Of a stretch of DNA of 43,301 nt, positions 21,846-34,156 are shown in pieces. The notes beneath the pieces were generated by a model. It did not search any database and was not told the DNA's origin. It saw only the letters and a list, made by a program, of their open reading frames with translations. The stretch is from the NCBI RefSeq assembly GCF_001194135.2, contig NC_068990.1, forward strand, positions 84,698,830-84,742,130. Reading direction: 5' to 3'. How positions within the stretch are numbered: the first letter of the stretch is position 1; the number at the start of each line of letters is the position of its first letter. The position numbers were made by a program, and so were the translations under genes. This DNA is from Octopus bimaculoides. Lineage: Eukaryota.

Positions 21846-21872
21846 CCGGGCAACGCCAGGATGCATTGCTAG
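21846..21872 (+). mobile_element. Helitron 3' terminus (hairpin plus CTAG|T); upstream extent unclear
   Basis: CCGGGCAACGCCAGG hairpin, then atgcattg-CTAG|T. Same GCAACG loop as the 27476-27566 element. Confidence 0.65.
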
Positions 21873-23043
21873 TTTATATTATTTTCCTACTTAAATTAGG
21901 TGAGGCTAAAACAATGGATTTTTCGTCTGTTGTCTATTTTGAACTAAGTCTGACACGAGATGGTCATAGGCTGACAGTTGACTCTCTTGATGCTAATACC
22001 GAGAACAATAAGAAGGGACTCATAGAAAAATCTAGACTGGATTTCGTATCCTAGCTAAGAATCCAGAAAGCGATTCGCTTTAAATGTATGCACAAATGTG
22101 TGTGTGCGTGTATGAAATATTTATGGTTAGAGCAAGTAGTGGTAATGGTGCTTATAAAAGAAAACTACCAAGTGAGATCTGATTCTACCATTACTGGTTG
22201 CACAATAGAAATGCAAATATTAACTCCATTGAAACGTGTTTTATTCATGGCAATAATTATATCTGAACATGAAATTCTATGAGCTAGTCATCCTTTCTAT
22301 TAAATATTATTAGTTGTGGATTCCAGTAGCTAATAATATTCAATATAAGGGATATCTGATAGAATCGAACTTCAGAAAATGATGAAGTAATTTCTATTAG
22401 TACATAAAGGTTTAAAATATATTATAACTGAAATTGAAAATATCTTGTTAATATATGTCACAAAAATACAGACTACACAAGCTTTGTGGTTTATAGTACG
22501 TCAGTACAGGTACATCAGCTGATACAAAGCTGTTACGATGAAGATATATCAGAACTGAAAAATGAAACCATAAATTGTCTTACGATGCCACAGTTAAATG
22601 GTAGTTTGGGAACAAAATAAGTCTGAACAGCCTAATAATTTAAGTCTCTTTAATTCAACGGTAGGAAACAGCTGGTCTTTTATTCTGTTAATTTTTGGTG
22701 AATAGTTTTGTGAGCTCGTATTCAACATGAAGAGAAATTGCATTTCTGATATAAAAGATCAATGTCTTCACGTGCTCAGTTACTATAAACTGAAATATGC
22801 TAGCTATTATAATGATTATTTCTAGAATGGTGGTGGCTCGAAATGTTAGTTTCTTCTCTGAGAAAGTTTTAGACATCAAAACCATTTAGGTGAAAACAAC
22901 GACCGCTCATTGGTCGAAAGTCACTTAGTAAACATAATCTACAAAAGTAACCATGCAAGCAAACGGCCTAATTAGTTGAAAATTGCTCAGAATAATTTAA
23001 AAAAACAAAAAACGATCTTTTAATGTTATCTGCTACGTTATCA

Positions 23044-23122
23044 ACGTGTGTGTGTGGGGGGAGTACGTGTGTGTGGGGAAGTACGTGTGTGGTGGGAAGT
23101 ACGTGTGGGTGCGCGCGCGCGC
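23044..23122. repeat. 18-19 bp minisatellite (acgtgtgtgtggggaagt, about 3.5 copies) followed by (GC)n
   Basis: Directly visible. Confidence 0.85.
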
Positions 23123-23149
23123 ATCAACATAAGATCATAAATTATGTAA

Positions 23150-24140
23150 ACACTCACACATGAAACAATTGAAGAAATGCAAGAACGAAAGCGTGTAGAT
23201 GTGTGCAGTCGGCAAAGGATAAGATGTGGGTGGAACACCTCAGTCAGACTTCTCACAGGCACGGAACAAAGGTATAAATTCTTCTGGGTAAGCAATAGTG
23301 ATGGTTTGGTAGGTGTAGGCATACATTTTACAGAAAATGGGTAGATAAGGTGATCAAGGTGGTCAGAGTGTGTGACAGGGTAATAAAGCTTAAACTAGTC
23401 TTGGAAAACAACATTTATCTCTGCATGTTCTCCTCAAATGGGACTAGTAAATGAACAAAAGGATTGATCTTATGAGGTACTTTTGTAGATTACTTCAATG
23501 ATAAATGGTTGGTGAATTCAATGGATGTGTTGAACAGGAACTCATGGATTCCAAGTTGTACATGCAGGTTACAGCTTTGGTCCTAGAATTGAGTAGAAAA
23601 CATGGCTCTTGAAGTTCTGTGATGCAAATGGTTGGATGAGATGTAACTCAAACTTTGAGAAACCAGTCAGTGACCTATTTACCGATCAATCTGGTGGGCA
23701 CACAAGCCAGACCATCTACACTCACACTAGAAAAAGGGATAGACAGACACTTGTGAATGCAAAATTCAGCCTGGATGAGAAATTATACAACATAGGTTTG
23801 TGGCTAGTGACTTCAGACTTAGAGCTAAACAGACCTAGAAGTGAAAACTAGTCAAGATATTGAAATAATGAGAATTTAAAGATTCAGTAAATCGTCAGAA
23901 ATTTAGAGCAGTACTATTTGAAATATTTGACAAAGAGAGAGGTGTATAACATAGGGGAGCTTTGGAAGTTCCTTGGGGAAAATTTATTGAAGGTAACAGA
24001 TCAAATATGTGGCTGGTGCAAAGGGTGCCATGTGGTGGAACAGTGAAATGGACAGAGCCATTAAAGTGAAAATACATCAACTTCATGAGTCTGTAATTTC
24101 CTCTCTCACTTATGCATCTTCTTTGTCTTGTAACAGTTAA
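23150..24140 (+). pseudogene. RTE-clade LINE ORF2 fragment (AP endonuclease domain), degenerate
   Basis: Frameshifted GTEQRYKFFWVSNSDGLVGVGI, VDKVIKVVRVCDRVIKLKLVL, KFCDANG...CNSNFEKPVSDLFTDQSGGHTSQTIY, WWNSEMDRAIK are typical of the RTE endonuclease and linker. Confidence 0.85.
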
Positions 24141-24476
24141 CGATATTCTCATTATACCAGTCAACGAGCATGACATTATCCTGCATTTCCTGATTGACAA
24201 GCACTAGGCCCATATATATTTTAATCATCTTATCAAATTTCGTTGATAGACCACCTACTTATCCAGCTTGCATAAATTTAATCATTCCAGTAACCATACT
24301 ATTGTCAACTTGAATGACTGGTTCTTCAGCTGAGTCCATATATCTCCATTTTGGGTCAGCTTGGAAGAAGCCCCCTCTTTTTCACACATCCTTCACATTC
24401 AACATCCTGTCATTCTATAGCTCTATAGTAAGAGATTGTCTATCTACATGTGTGTGTGTAAGTATCTTACGTGTGT

Positions 24477-24517
<41 letters not shown>

Positions 24518-25059
24518 GTGTCAGTAGCATAATAAAATGACCTTGTTCCATGCTGTAAAATGGTTGGCAGTGAAATGGACCATGCCAAACAAAAAGATAA
24601 ATTAAATAAAAATCTCACCAGCTGCATATAAGTAACCTGTCTAAAAACACGATAACCTTGAAGAGTGAAGATTAGATACAGGGTAGAGAGTTCTATCTAA
24701 TCAATCTGTTGAAGACCACCGCAAAATACACCTCATTCATGCTGTAAAGTGTTTTGCGATAGGAAAAGCATCCAGCTATGTAAACTAAAAACATGACATA
24801 TACAACAAAACTGGTCAGTTCTCTTTGTTGCTGTGTGTCAGATAATAAAGGACCATGACAAATAAACATTGATAAAAGTTGCATTCATCGTCGATGTGAT
24901 GTTTCATTGCCTGTTGAATAAAACATTAACTCAGCTTCCATTTCATTTAGAAATTTATGGCAAAGCAAATTGGGTTTAACCTTTCAATCAGCAATTAATG
25001 GTAAAATGGAGCAACTATTTCCTTGAACTAAATACACATGCACTCAAAGGATTTTTCAA

Positions 25060-25204
25060 CGTAGGAACATATAATGCACATGTATATATATATAAATATA
25101 TACACACACACACACACATATATATATAAGTTCAAAAAGAAAACGACAAAAAAACAACGCGAGGACGTGATGTATATATATATATATATATACACACACA
25201 TATG

Positions 25205-25269
<65 letters not shown>

Positions 25270-25400
25270 GTGGATATATATAAACAGGCACACAGAGACA
25301 CACTCACATTATATATTATTATACACACATGTGCACACACACAGTTACAATATATATTACACACGTGCATGCACAGATACGGACACGCTATATATGTCCA
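25060..25400. repeat. (TA)n/(CA)n compound microsatellite
   Basis: Directly visible. It explains the YIYI/CVCV ORFs. Confidence 0.95.
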
Positions 25401-25909
25401 TAAATTAGTTGTCTCTGGTAAATTGAGTTCACAATGAATAAAAACAATTAGTCATCAGTGTAATTTTTATATACAAGTGTATTATTGACATTACATAGAA
25501 ACACACACACTATATATATGCACACATACATACACATAACATTGTTATACACATTGCATTATTTGATTCATTGAGCTCACAATGAATAAAAGAGCAGTTA
25601 ACCTTCAATAGAATTCGTGTAATGATGTCAAATTGTTGAATCCACCTCTAACAATTGTTGGAAGTATTCGGATGAGAGTTGGGAGGCTGTATACAGAATA
25701 AAAGCTTAGCAAAGCATGTGACAATGTTGTTTGGGGAGCAGAATCTAAATAGTCTTTAAACTTTTTATTGAAATATTTGTAATGAAACATACAGTGCTTC
25801 AATAAATTAATTAAAAAAAGATTTGCAGAGATTTAGTAAAATAACTTGTCTGCAAAAAAGTGGGTGTTTAAGACAATGTCACACAAAGATTTTAAATAGA
25901 ATTTATAAT

Positions 25910-26023
25910 AGGCACAGGAGTGGCTGTGTGGTAAGTAGCTTGCTTACCAACCACATGGTTCCAGGTTCATTCCCACTGCGTGGCAACTTGGGCAAATGAC
26001 TGATACAAGTAAAGGAATAAAAG
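25910..26023 (+). mobile_element. internally deleted family A SINE (head fused to tail)
   Basis: aggcacaggag...ttgggcaa is joined directly to atgactgatacaagtaaaggaataaaag. Confidence 0.8.
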
Positions 26024-26282
26024 CATACCAGGACGTTCCGTACCACTAAACCAAGTAGGTTCTCTGAATATGTACAATGTATTTTAAGACTAAATAGTAA
26101 CTCTGTTTACATAACGAAGATATTTTGGTTGAATTATATGGTTATTGGTTTTACATGTCTTTCTATATTCTACAACTGTCACAATATAAAAACATTTCTC
26201 ATGGCACCAGCACACAATTTACAGATGCTTACATTTTTTTAGGTTTCCCTTGAATTTTTCACGGGTCCAGCTAGTAGTAGTA

Positions 26283-26322
<40 letters not shown>

Positions 26323-26468
26323 TAATAATTTTTTATTTTTACAAGATTAAAAAAAATATATTTCATTTAGTGTATACAAAGTCCATAAACCAGCGGCAAT
26401 GACATATGTGGGGGTAAACTTGATAAGTAGGTGGACAGTTGAAAAAATTAGCTAAATTTTAGGTTCAC

Positions 26469-26474
26469 TTTATT
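26469..26474 (-). terminator. candidate polyadenylation signal of the CCDC14-like gene
   Basis: AATAAA on the minus strand about 75 nt after the TAG stop. Confidence 0.55.
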
Positions 26475-26549
26475 TCACAGTCGAGTTAAAATATTGTTTT
26501 AAATTAAATTTAAAAAAAATACAAACAGCAGCAATGATTTCTTAAAATG

Positions 26550-27399
26550 CTATTTACTCTCCTTAATAGATTGTTCTAGCTGTGCAATGTCAGCATCCAA
26601 AGATGCTAAGCCATTTCGGAAGTTCAGTATATCTGCATTCAATGAAGAGTCTGTATTGATAGTGTACTGAGATAGATTTGAAACCGTCTCCTCATCGTCT
26701 ATATTATGATAATCATTAGTATTGTTGGTCTTATGTTTCTCATCAGAATCACAACAAATTTCTTTGACTGGTGAAGAAGTTACTATGTTCTTTAGAACAA
26801 CAGAGAGTGGTTGAGCCCTTTCAGCTTCGTAATTACTAATAGATTTGCTATCAGCACCAACCAGACCATTCAATGCTTTTGCCCTGGGATATTTCTGAAA
26901 ATAATCAGTAATGCTGGCTCTTGAATCATTACTAATTTCCATTTTGTTCTGAGAGTCAAAGGAATGTTCTAATTTACTACTGAGACAGGAAACATTATCT
27001 CTATCAGGCTTGGACTGTTGGTCATTATCTTTCAAAGCAAGAGAATCTTTAGTTTCCATCTGATAATTGTAAAGTCGGTTCTGTTGATCGATTTGTTCTC
27101 TGGACTCAAACACAGGACAGTGTGGAAGTTCAAAACCATTTACGCTGATATCTCCCGGCTGGTTGTGTTTAGGAGAGTTTGCCAAAGCATTTGCACTTCC
27201 AGCAGGATTCATTACTGAGTTGCTGGTGCCGGTCATTGTTTTCCACAAGGCTTGCAACCTCTGGTCAACTGACTGTTCAGAAGCAGATCGCTTTGGTGTA
27301 ACATTAGAGGAATTCTCTTTGCCAGTGTCAACATTCGAAGAAACTTTCTGTGATTCAGCTAACATCATTCTTGAATTGGAACAGGCACTTAACATAGAG
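26550..27399 (-). CDS. CCDC14: CCDC14-like coiled-coil protein, terminal coding exon
   Basis: Stop-free 850 nt frame, far longer than any other gap-free ORF. Acceptor tttttttattcag|C at 27400-27401. Phase fits the upstream exon (AG+C = Ser). Ends ...LNFRNGLASLDADIAQLEQSIKESK*, resembling the CCDC14 C-terminal FRNGLAALDANIARLQ motif as recalled (not database-checked). Confidence 0.85.
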
Positions 27400-27475
27400 C
27401 TGAATAAAAAAAAAAAACAGAATGGTAGCGAGTAGAAATTATTAACTCAATATAAATGGAACATTTTATAATACA

Positions 27476-27566
27476 CTAACAGAAATACCCGGCGTTGCCC
27501 GGGTTAAAGAGAATAATGAAATCTAAAAACGCCGTCTAGACTACGCATCATCTTTATATATAGAGA
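27476..27566 (-). mobile_element. 91-bp mini-Helitron
   Basis: Minus strand A|TCTCTATATATAAAG...ACCCGG-GCAACG-CCGGGT-ATTTCTG-TTAG|T: 5' TC, 3' hairpin 11 nt from a near-CTAG end, A|T target. Confidence 0.75.
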
Positions 27567-28456
27567 TGTATATACACATACGCACCCAAACACACGTATA
27601 TATATGTATATCAATATAAATATATGAAAGTCAATGAAGTTTCGTAAAAGAAGGTGATCATGTACATACTTTCTTGCTGTTGTGATTATAACACCTCATT
27701 GTAAACTATGTTCCTTGTTTTCCCTTGTGGAGCATATACAAATAGGTTTTTTGTTGCTGCCCACTCTTGAGCAGCCAACATACAGTTGTCCATGTGAGAA
27801 GCAGGGCTCTTCCAAGAGAAGACCAGCTACAGACAGTGTTTGACCCTGATATTTGTTTATGGACATGGCNNNNNNNNNNNNNNNNNNNNNNNNNNNNNNN
27901 NNNNNNNNNNNNNNNNNNNNNNNNNNNNNNNNNNNNNNNNNNNNNNNNNNNNNNNNNNNNNNNNNNNNNNNNNNNNNNNNNNNNNNNNNNNNNNNNNNNN
28001 NNNNNNNNNNNNNNNNNNNNNNNNNNNNNNNNNNNNNNNNNNNNNNNNNNNNNNNNNNNNNNNNNNNNNNNNNNNNNNNNNNNNNNNNNNNNNNNNNNNN
28101 NNNNNNNNNNNNNNNNNNNNNNNNNNNNNNNNNNNNNNNNNNNNNNNNNNNNNNNNNNNNNNNNNNNNNNNNNNNNNNNNNNNNNNNNNNNNNNNNNNNN
28201 NNNNNNNNNNNNNNNNNNNNNNNNNNNNNNNNNNNNNNNNNNNNNNNNNNNNNNNNNNNNNNNNNNNNNNNNNNNNNNNNNNNNNNNNNNNNNNNNNNNN
28301 NNNNNNNNNNNNNNNNNNNNNNNNNNNNNNNNNNNNNNNNNNNNNNNNNNNNNNNNNNNNNNNNNNNNNNNNNNNNNNNNNNNNNNNNNNNNNNNNNNNN
28401 NNNNNNNNNNNNNNNNNNNNNNNNNNNNNNNNNNNNNNNNNNNNNNNNNNNNNNNA

Positions 28457-28466
28457 TACATATACA

Positions 28467-28499
<33 letters not shown>

Positions 28500-28833
28500 C
28501 TTTCTCTCTCTGTGAAAGTATCTGTCACTACAGTATCGAAATGTGATTGTTTCAGTTAGTGGAATAGTTTCATTTTTAAAGTGAAAGTATTTGACATGAG
28601 TGTTTTTGTTTCACTTTTGACACGTAATACTTAAATAGTGGAGGAGATATTATGTTGCCGTGTGCTCGAACTCTGCAAGAAGTTAATAATTTTTTTTGAC
28701 TAAAACACAACTGGAACCCTAAGTAAGGCATGTGTAAAATTTGAATGAAATTGGTTGCGTAGTTCTCGAGTTTTAGGGATTCACACAGACAGACAGACAG
28801 ACAGACACACATTCTCATTTTTATATATATAGA
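28457..28833 (-). mobile_element. non-autonomous Helitron, 5' part (runs into a gap)
   Basis: Minus strand A|TCTATATATATAAAAATGAGAATG, (TGTC)n, core actacgcaaccaatttcattcaaa. Inverted near-identical copy at 42945-43301. Confidence 0.75.
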
Positions 28834-29399
28834 TATAAAAGATATGAACCACAAAATTAGTTCTGAATACATTTTGATATCAAACAAACCTCTACAATAA
28901 CCAAAATGACAATAAATTTTTCAAAACTTTTTTTTTAAGCTGACATCTAATTAGCATATTTTGGTGTTAATCTTAAAATATAACAACACTCATAGTGATT
29001 GCCTTTCAGATTAGAGATAGATGTAAGAAATGTTAACCTAAAAAGTTTGTAATAAAACCCTGGTTGAAACCACTGGTCAATAAACTTAAGACAGTAGCAA
29101 CTAACTTTGTTAAATTTCACAACAAAATAACACTAAACAAAATCGAATTTATCCTTTCTGATGAATAATACCAAGCTAACCTACAAAAATGACCTCTGTG
29201 AACATAAATAGGCCAAAATAATGCTAAATAAAATTTTAAAGGGACAGAATTGTTTTCTTATTCAAACCAGGCTTAAAATTACAAGTTACCATAATTACAG
29301 TATATATTCCATTGTTTTAATGTCCACTTTTGTATGCTCTTACATGTGCTGGATAGAATTTTGAGGAGGTGTAATTTCTACAGCCAGATTCCCTTCCCA

Positions 29400-29720
29400 T
29401 CACCAAATCTCACATGTTTCCAGGGATGGAAATATTTCCCCAGAATCAGACATGTTTTTTTGAAGAAGACTGGGGAATGAAGGACACTGCTTGCATGACA
29501 GACATTTCTTTCTAATTATCACAGTCAAGGCAAGGAGACAATAACACCCCCAACCCACAGTCACAAATGCACACACACACAAACAGTTTCCACTAACTAA
29601 TTACAAGCACAAGCTATTAGTCAGGTCAAGGCTATAGTAGAAGACAGTTGCTCAAGATGCCACATAGGACTGAAACCATGTAGTTATGAAGCAAACTTCT
29701 TGACCAGAGGCCTGCACTTA
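29400..29720. mobile_element. degenerate family D and family A repeat fragments
   Basis: Similar to 36790-37140 (cttgtttccaagc...ggaagactgg... and ctatagtagaagac...). Confidence 0.5.
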
Positions 29721-29779
29721 CACTATGTAAACAGTATATTGTCAGTTGAACACTTGTTCAAGCAGAGCTAATTAAAATG

Positions 29780-30130
29780 CTATCAATCATGTTTTCTAAC
29801 AGCAGCCATTGTAAGCCATACATGTGCTTCTAGGTCTGACATTTCATAAATCATGCCATTTATTCTAGATGAGTAACATTTATCTACAGGAAAGTTCAGT
29901 GAACTGAGAAATGTATACAGGTGAGCTAGAAAAGTAGTTGAACAAAGACTGGCCAATGTGTACATGAGGAATGGCTGCACTGGTTGTAGACGTGTAATGT
30001 AAATGAATGACACTTGCTAGGAGAACGAGGAAGTGGTGTACCAGAGCAGTAAGCCTGAGAAAGAGGAAGGATAATGTAGAAACAAGTGATGAAGTTTAGC
30101 TCTCATGGAGTTGGAGCTTTACATTAGAGA
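29780..30130 (-). mobile_element. possible CR1/Jockey-like LINE 3' fragment
   Basis: Degenerate minus-strand translation (FYI...CS...PLP...HSFTL) resembles LINE C-termini. Heavily decayed. Confidence 0.3.
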
Positions 30131-30283
30131 ATCAAGAGGAGTAGTGAGGTGTCAACCAGCAAATATATATCCAATATGGACAAACAGTCAGTAAAACAAT
30201 GAGGGATGAAATTCCTTTGAATGCTAACATTAAAAATACAAAAAAAAAAGAAAGAAGAATGAAATGACATTAACATAACTCAC

Positions 30284-30412
30284 CTTGAACATTCAGGATC
30301 AGTTTCATGACAGAAAAGTTTAAAAAATCTTCCCAATGTATCTGTGCCAGAAGTGTTTCCACTTAAAGGGTCAATATTCTCCAATACACCTTGCATAGCT
30401 TTTCGGACAGAA
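30284..30412 (-). CDS. CCDC14: CCDC14-like internal exon (129 nt)
   Basis: Acceptor tttcattccag|, donor CAAG|gtgagt. Encodes SVRKAMQGVLENIDPLSGNTSGTDTLGRFFKLFCHETDPECS. Phase 2 at both ends, matching neighbours. Confidence 0.85.
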
Positions 30413-30936
30413 CTGGAATGAAATATAAATGAAAAGATAAAATGATTGCAAACTAATCTATTTAACAAAATCTCACTGACAAAATATGTTTGTGAAGCAA
30501 CTATTTGGCAAAAATTCTATTTGAATTCTATTGACCAAATAGCTGATTCAACCTTAAACACGACTTTTGCTAAAATGGTAGCTTAATTCTATACTTAGAT
30601 CTTCTGTGCTGTGAGATAATTAAGGCAGCAAGCTTCCTCTAGGATAGTCTATCTGCCAGTTCTTTCCTCTCCTATCCAAATGGTCTTCACACATTTGAAG
30701 TCTTCCTAAAATAGCCAACACCAGGTGTTCTTAGGTAGTGCCTTTTTTCATTTTCTTCTTCCAATATCCATGTTATTGCAGTCTTTGCATGCTGAGTGAC
30801 TGGCTGGTACAAAATGTGACATGCCAGGCAAGACTGATATGGCACCATGATGTTCTGAAATGGTTGGGATTTACTTAGCAGACAAATGTCTTTAAACGTA
30901 ATTCTATCTCACCAGCACTCATAATACTAACACTAA

Positions 30937-31553
30937 TTTTGGCACTAGGCTACCAATTTGAGGGGAGGGATAAGCTGATAACATTGACCCCAGTATTTGA
31001 TTGATACTTTATCAATCCTGAAAGGATAAAAACTGAAGTTAACTTCAGTAGGATTTGAACTCAGAATGTAAAGAACTGAAAGAAAGGCTGTTAGGTATTT
31101 TGTCTGGCTGCTAATGATTTTTAATAATAATAATAATCATTTCTACTATCGGCACAAGGCCTGAAATTTGGGGGGAGGAGAATAATTGATTACATCAATA
31201 CCAGTACTTGACTTGTTCTTATTTCATTGAGCCCAAAACATTGAAAGGTAAAGTTGACCTTGGTGGAATTTGAACTCAGACTGTAAAACCAGAAGAAATA
31301 CCTGCTAAACATTTTACCCAGTGTGCTTATGATTCTGCCAGCTCACCTTACTAATAATAATAATAATAATGTTTAAAATTTCAACACAAAGTCAGCAGTT
31401 TCTGAGGAGGGGAAAGTCAATTACATCGACCCCAGTTTTCAACTGGTAATTATTTTATCAATCCCCAAAAAGACGAAAGGCTAAGTTGACCTCAGACTGA
31501 CGAGATGCTGTTAAGCATTTTGTCTGGTGTGCTAACAATTCTGCCAACTCACC
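30937..31553 (-). mobile_element. three head-to-tail family B SINE copies separated by (TAA)n
   Basis: Copies at about 30937-31120, 31140-31350 and 31372-31553, each with gaccccag...gaaagg...aaagttgacct...ggaatttgaactcaga. Confidence 0.8.
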
Positions 31554-31570
31554 ATGATAATAAAAATTAA

Positions 31571-31900
31571 AAGGGTAAAGATCCTCTTTGGTCATGAATT
31601 ATCATAGGATTGCATCTAGAAAGTTACCCTCTGAGGCACACGTCCAAGCAAGGTTGTTTATGGAAGACCAGCAGTTGCCCATGCATACCAGCCTCCCCGA
31701 TCCATGCCACCAATGTTATCCAAGGAGAAGGCAAAGGCCGATACACCTTGGTACTAGTGATGTCATGACTCATTTCTATGGCTGAGTGGACTGGAGCAAT
31801 GAGAAATAAAGTGTCTTGCTCAAGAGGACAACACATACCCTGGTCTGGGAATCAAACACACTAACGCAGGATTGTGAGCCTGACACTCTAATCACTGAGC
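31571..31900 (-). mobile_element. tRNA-derived SINE related to family C, with a different 3' tail
   Basis: Minus strand gctcagtgattagagtg...tttgattcccagacc...cttgagcaagacactttatttctcattgctccagtccactcagcc matches 1680-1805. Confidence 0.7.
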
Positions 31901-32432
31901 TGTAATTGTAATAATAATGGTTTTAAAAAGCAGTAGATATAGATTTTATCCCTTTCATATAAATGTAGCATAGTTGTCTCAACTCTTCAATAGTTAAAAC
32001 TGACACATAAGAAACAGGACTATAATAGAAACTAATATGTAATAAAAAAAAAGTTGTATTAGTGAATGGCAACTATTTAAATTTTTCTAGCAAGTAAAGA
32101 GAACAACACTGGACAAATCTTGGTATTCTTTTGATGCAGGCTCAGCAAAGCATAGCCTGCATCATACTTGTCAAAGTACAGATCAAATAATCACTGCATA
32201 CAAAATTGTATATTTGCATAGGAAAATAAAATTAAGAGATTAAATATTTTCATTAATGCCATCATACACACACTCCAGATATGCCTCAAACCTTGTTGCT
32301 AATCTCTGGTTCAACCAGCATCAGTCAATACTCCTGGTGTACTTTCAGACAGTGCAAACACACACACACACATGCACATGCACACAATCATATCGGCCAT
32401 TTTTTATTTTCACATTTTTCATGATGACTCAC

Positions 32433-32626
32433 TGTAGAACACCATGCAAGTTGGATATCTCTCTGTCTCTCTGTTCAACTGTGAGCTGCAAAATGTGATT
32501 CTTCTTCTCAGAAACGTCCAGATTATGAACATTCTGTGCTAGTTGGTCTTTAACTTCCTGGATTGTTTTTGACAACACCTGATTCTCTTCCCAGTTTTTT
32601 AGCCTCATGTTCAGTTGAGAATTATC
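32433..32626 (-). CDS. CCDC14: CCDC14-like internal exon (194 nt), coiled coil
   Basis: Acceptor ttcttcctcaacag|, donor TACA|gtgagt. Encodes DNSQLNMRLKNWEENQVLSKTIQEVKDQLAQNVHNLDVSEKKNHILQLTVEQRDREISNLHGVL; ILQLTVEQRDREI resembles recalled CCDC14 ILGITLRQRDAEV. Phase 0 in, phase 2 out. Confidence 0.88.
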
Positions 32627-34156
32627 CTGTTGAGGAAGAAAATACACAAAGTATAAGAGACGTTATTTGCTTTGGGCTTTAACCACACCTGACAATGAAG
32701 CTTAATACACAAGGTTATTTAATATTTCAGGCAGGGTGTTGTGCTGGAGAATGACATGCACAGCCTTAACCAAATACACCCCACTTTTCACTTTTAACTG
32801 AATGACCACTTGCAAACAGACTACACCCAATGTGTATTTTTTTTTTTAATAAATATATTCAGTTGAATGCAAGAAAACTTTTTTTTGTTTGAAACTTTAT
32901 ATGGTTTGTGGTCACCATTATAGTTTAAGCCTAGGACAGTACTGAATCCCCAATACATTGGTATTTATTTCATCAATACCTTGGTACATCATCAGTCATG
33001 TTTCTGCTCTCTGACAACACTATGTCCAGCTCATTCTAACCTCAATACATATCTCAAACATATTTTCAAAAATATCTAAGCAGTGTACCTAGTTTAAATA
33101 TAAGTACATTATCATATATTATTATTATCATAGGATAGAAAAGCTCCATATTTTCTGACAAAGGGATAGCTATTCATTTAAGTTTGCTTTGCAATTGCAC
33201 TACGTGTCATCTTGAGCAAGTATCTTTTACCAAGGCCTTGGATTAACCCATTCCTTGTGAGAGAAACTGAATCAATAGGAACTATGTGGAAGTCCATTGC
33301 ATTGACTGTACCTGTAATTGAAAGGGTCAACCTTGTCCCTCACTGTATCATGTTGATCTGCCTGAGGAATACTTTAAGAGTACAAAGGTTTTTGGAATAC
33401 TCAACCACTTATACCACAATTCAAACAACTACAATACTCATTGATGAAATCAATGGAGATCCAGTTAATCTTTATATTTCCAAGAAATAGAAAACATCAT
33501 GTTGTAATATTCATGCTTCTTCTAAAAATCAACAGAGTAAATGAAGCCAATTGGCTTCACCAAAAACCGAGCCAGCATTCTGTTCACTCGGAACTTAACG
33601 CTTAATCTATGTTGTGTGCGTGCTTGTTTGTCACTAGAGGGAAACTTACAGGGAAGTCGTCAAAAATGTTAAAGTATGTTCAAATATAACAATCTAACAG
33701 GCAATTACTTAATTCTTCCTTGAATATTTACAGTGAGATCAAAATAAATACAAATAGTATTTAATCAATACCGTATGGCAGTCTGGAAAATTGTTCCTTA
33801 AAATGCCATTAAGTCTGAATTTAGCTTGCCTGTTAATAACTATGTTAATTACTAAAGAAAATATCATTAGGGCAAACATGGTGGAATATCAGACTAAATA
33901 CCTTCTGGGATTAGCATACGTTCCTTTATGTTCTAAGTTCAAATCCTGTTGGCTATTAAGAACTGGATGGTTATTAAAAGCTGGCTGGCTATTATGAGTC
34001 TGTTGTTTCATATTTTATTTATTCTAGAGTATTTGCAACAATATCAAAAATAAAGAGAAACCAACAGCAAAGTCTTTATGTGTCACCGGCACAGGAGACA
34101 GTCAGGCAGCACTGGTATTGGCCATGCTCGAATGGTGCTTTTTACATGCCTTTATC

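Noticed and set aside
27018-27435. Plus-strand ORFs 27018-27218 and 27163-27435
   Set aside because: Antisense shadows of the terminal coding exon.
30600-30880. Possible RTE-like RT fragment on the minus strand
   Set aside because: Too decayed to support by eye; needs TBLASTX.
30937-31553. CRISPR-like repeat-spacer array
   Set aside because: Units are about 200-bp diverged SINE copies in a eukaryotic intron, with no short identical repeats, unique spacers or cas genes.
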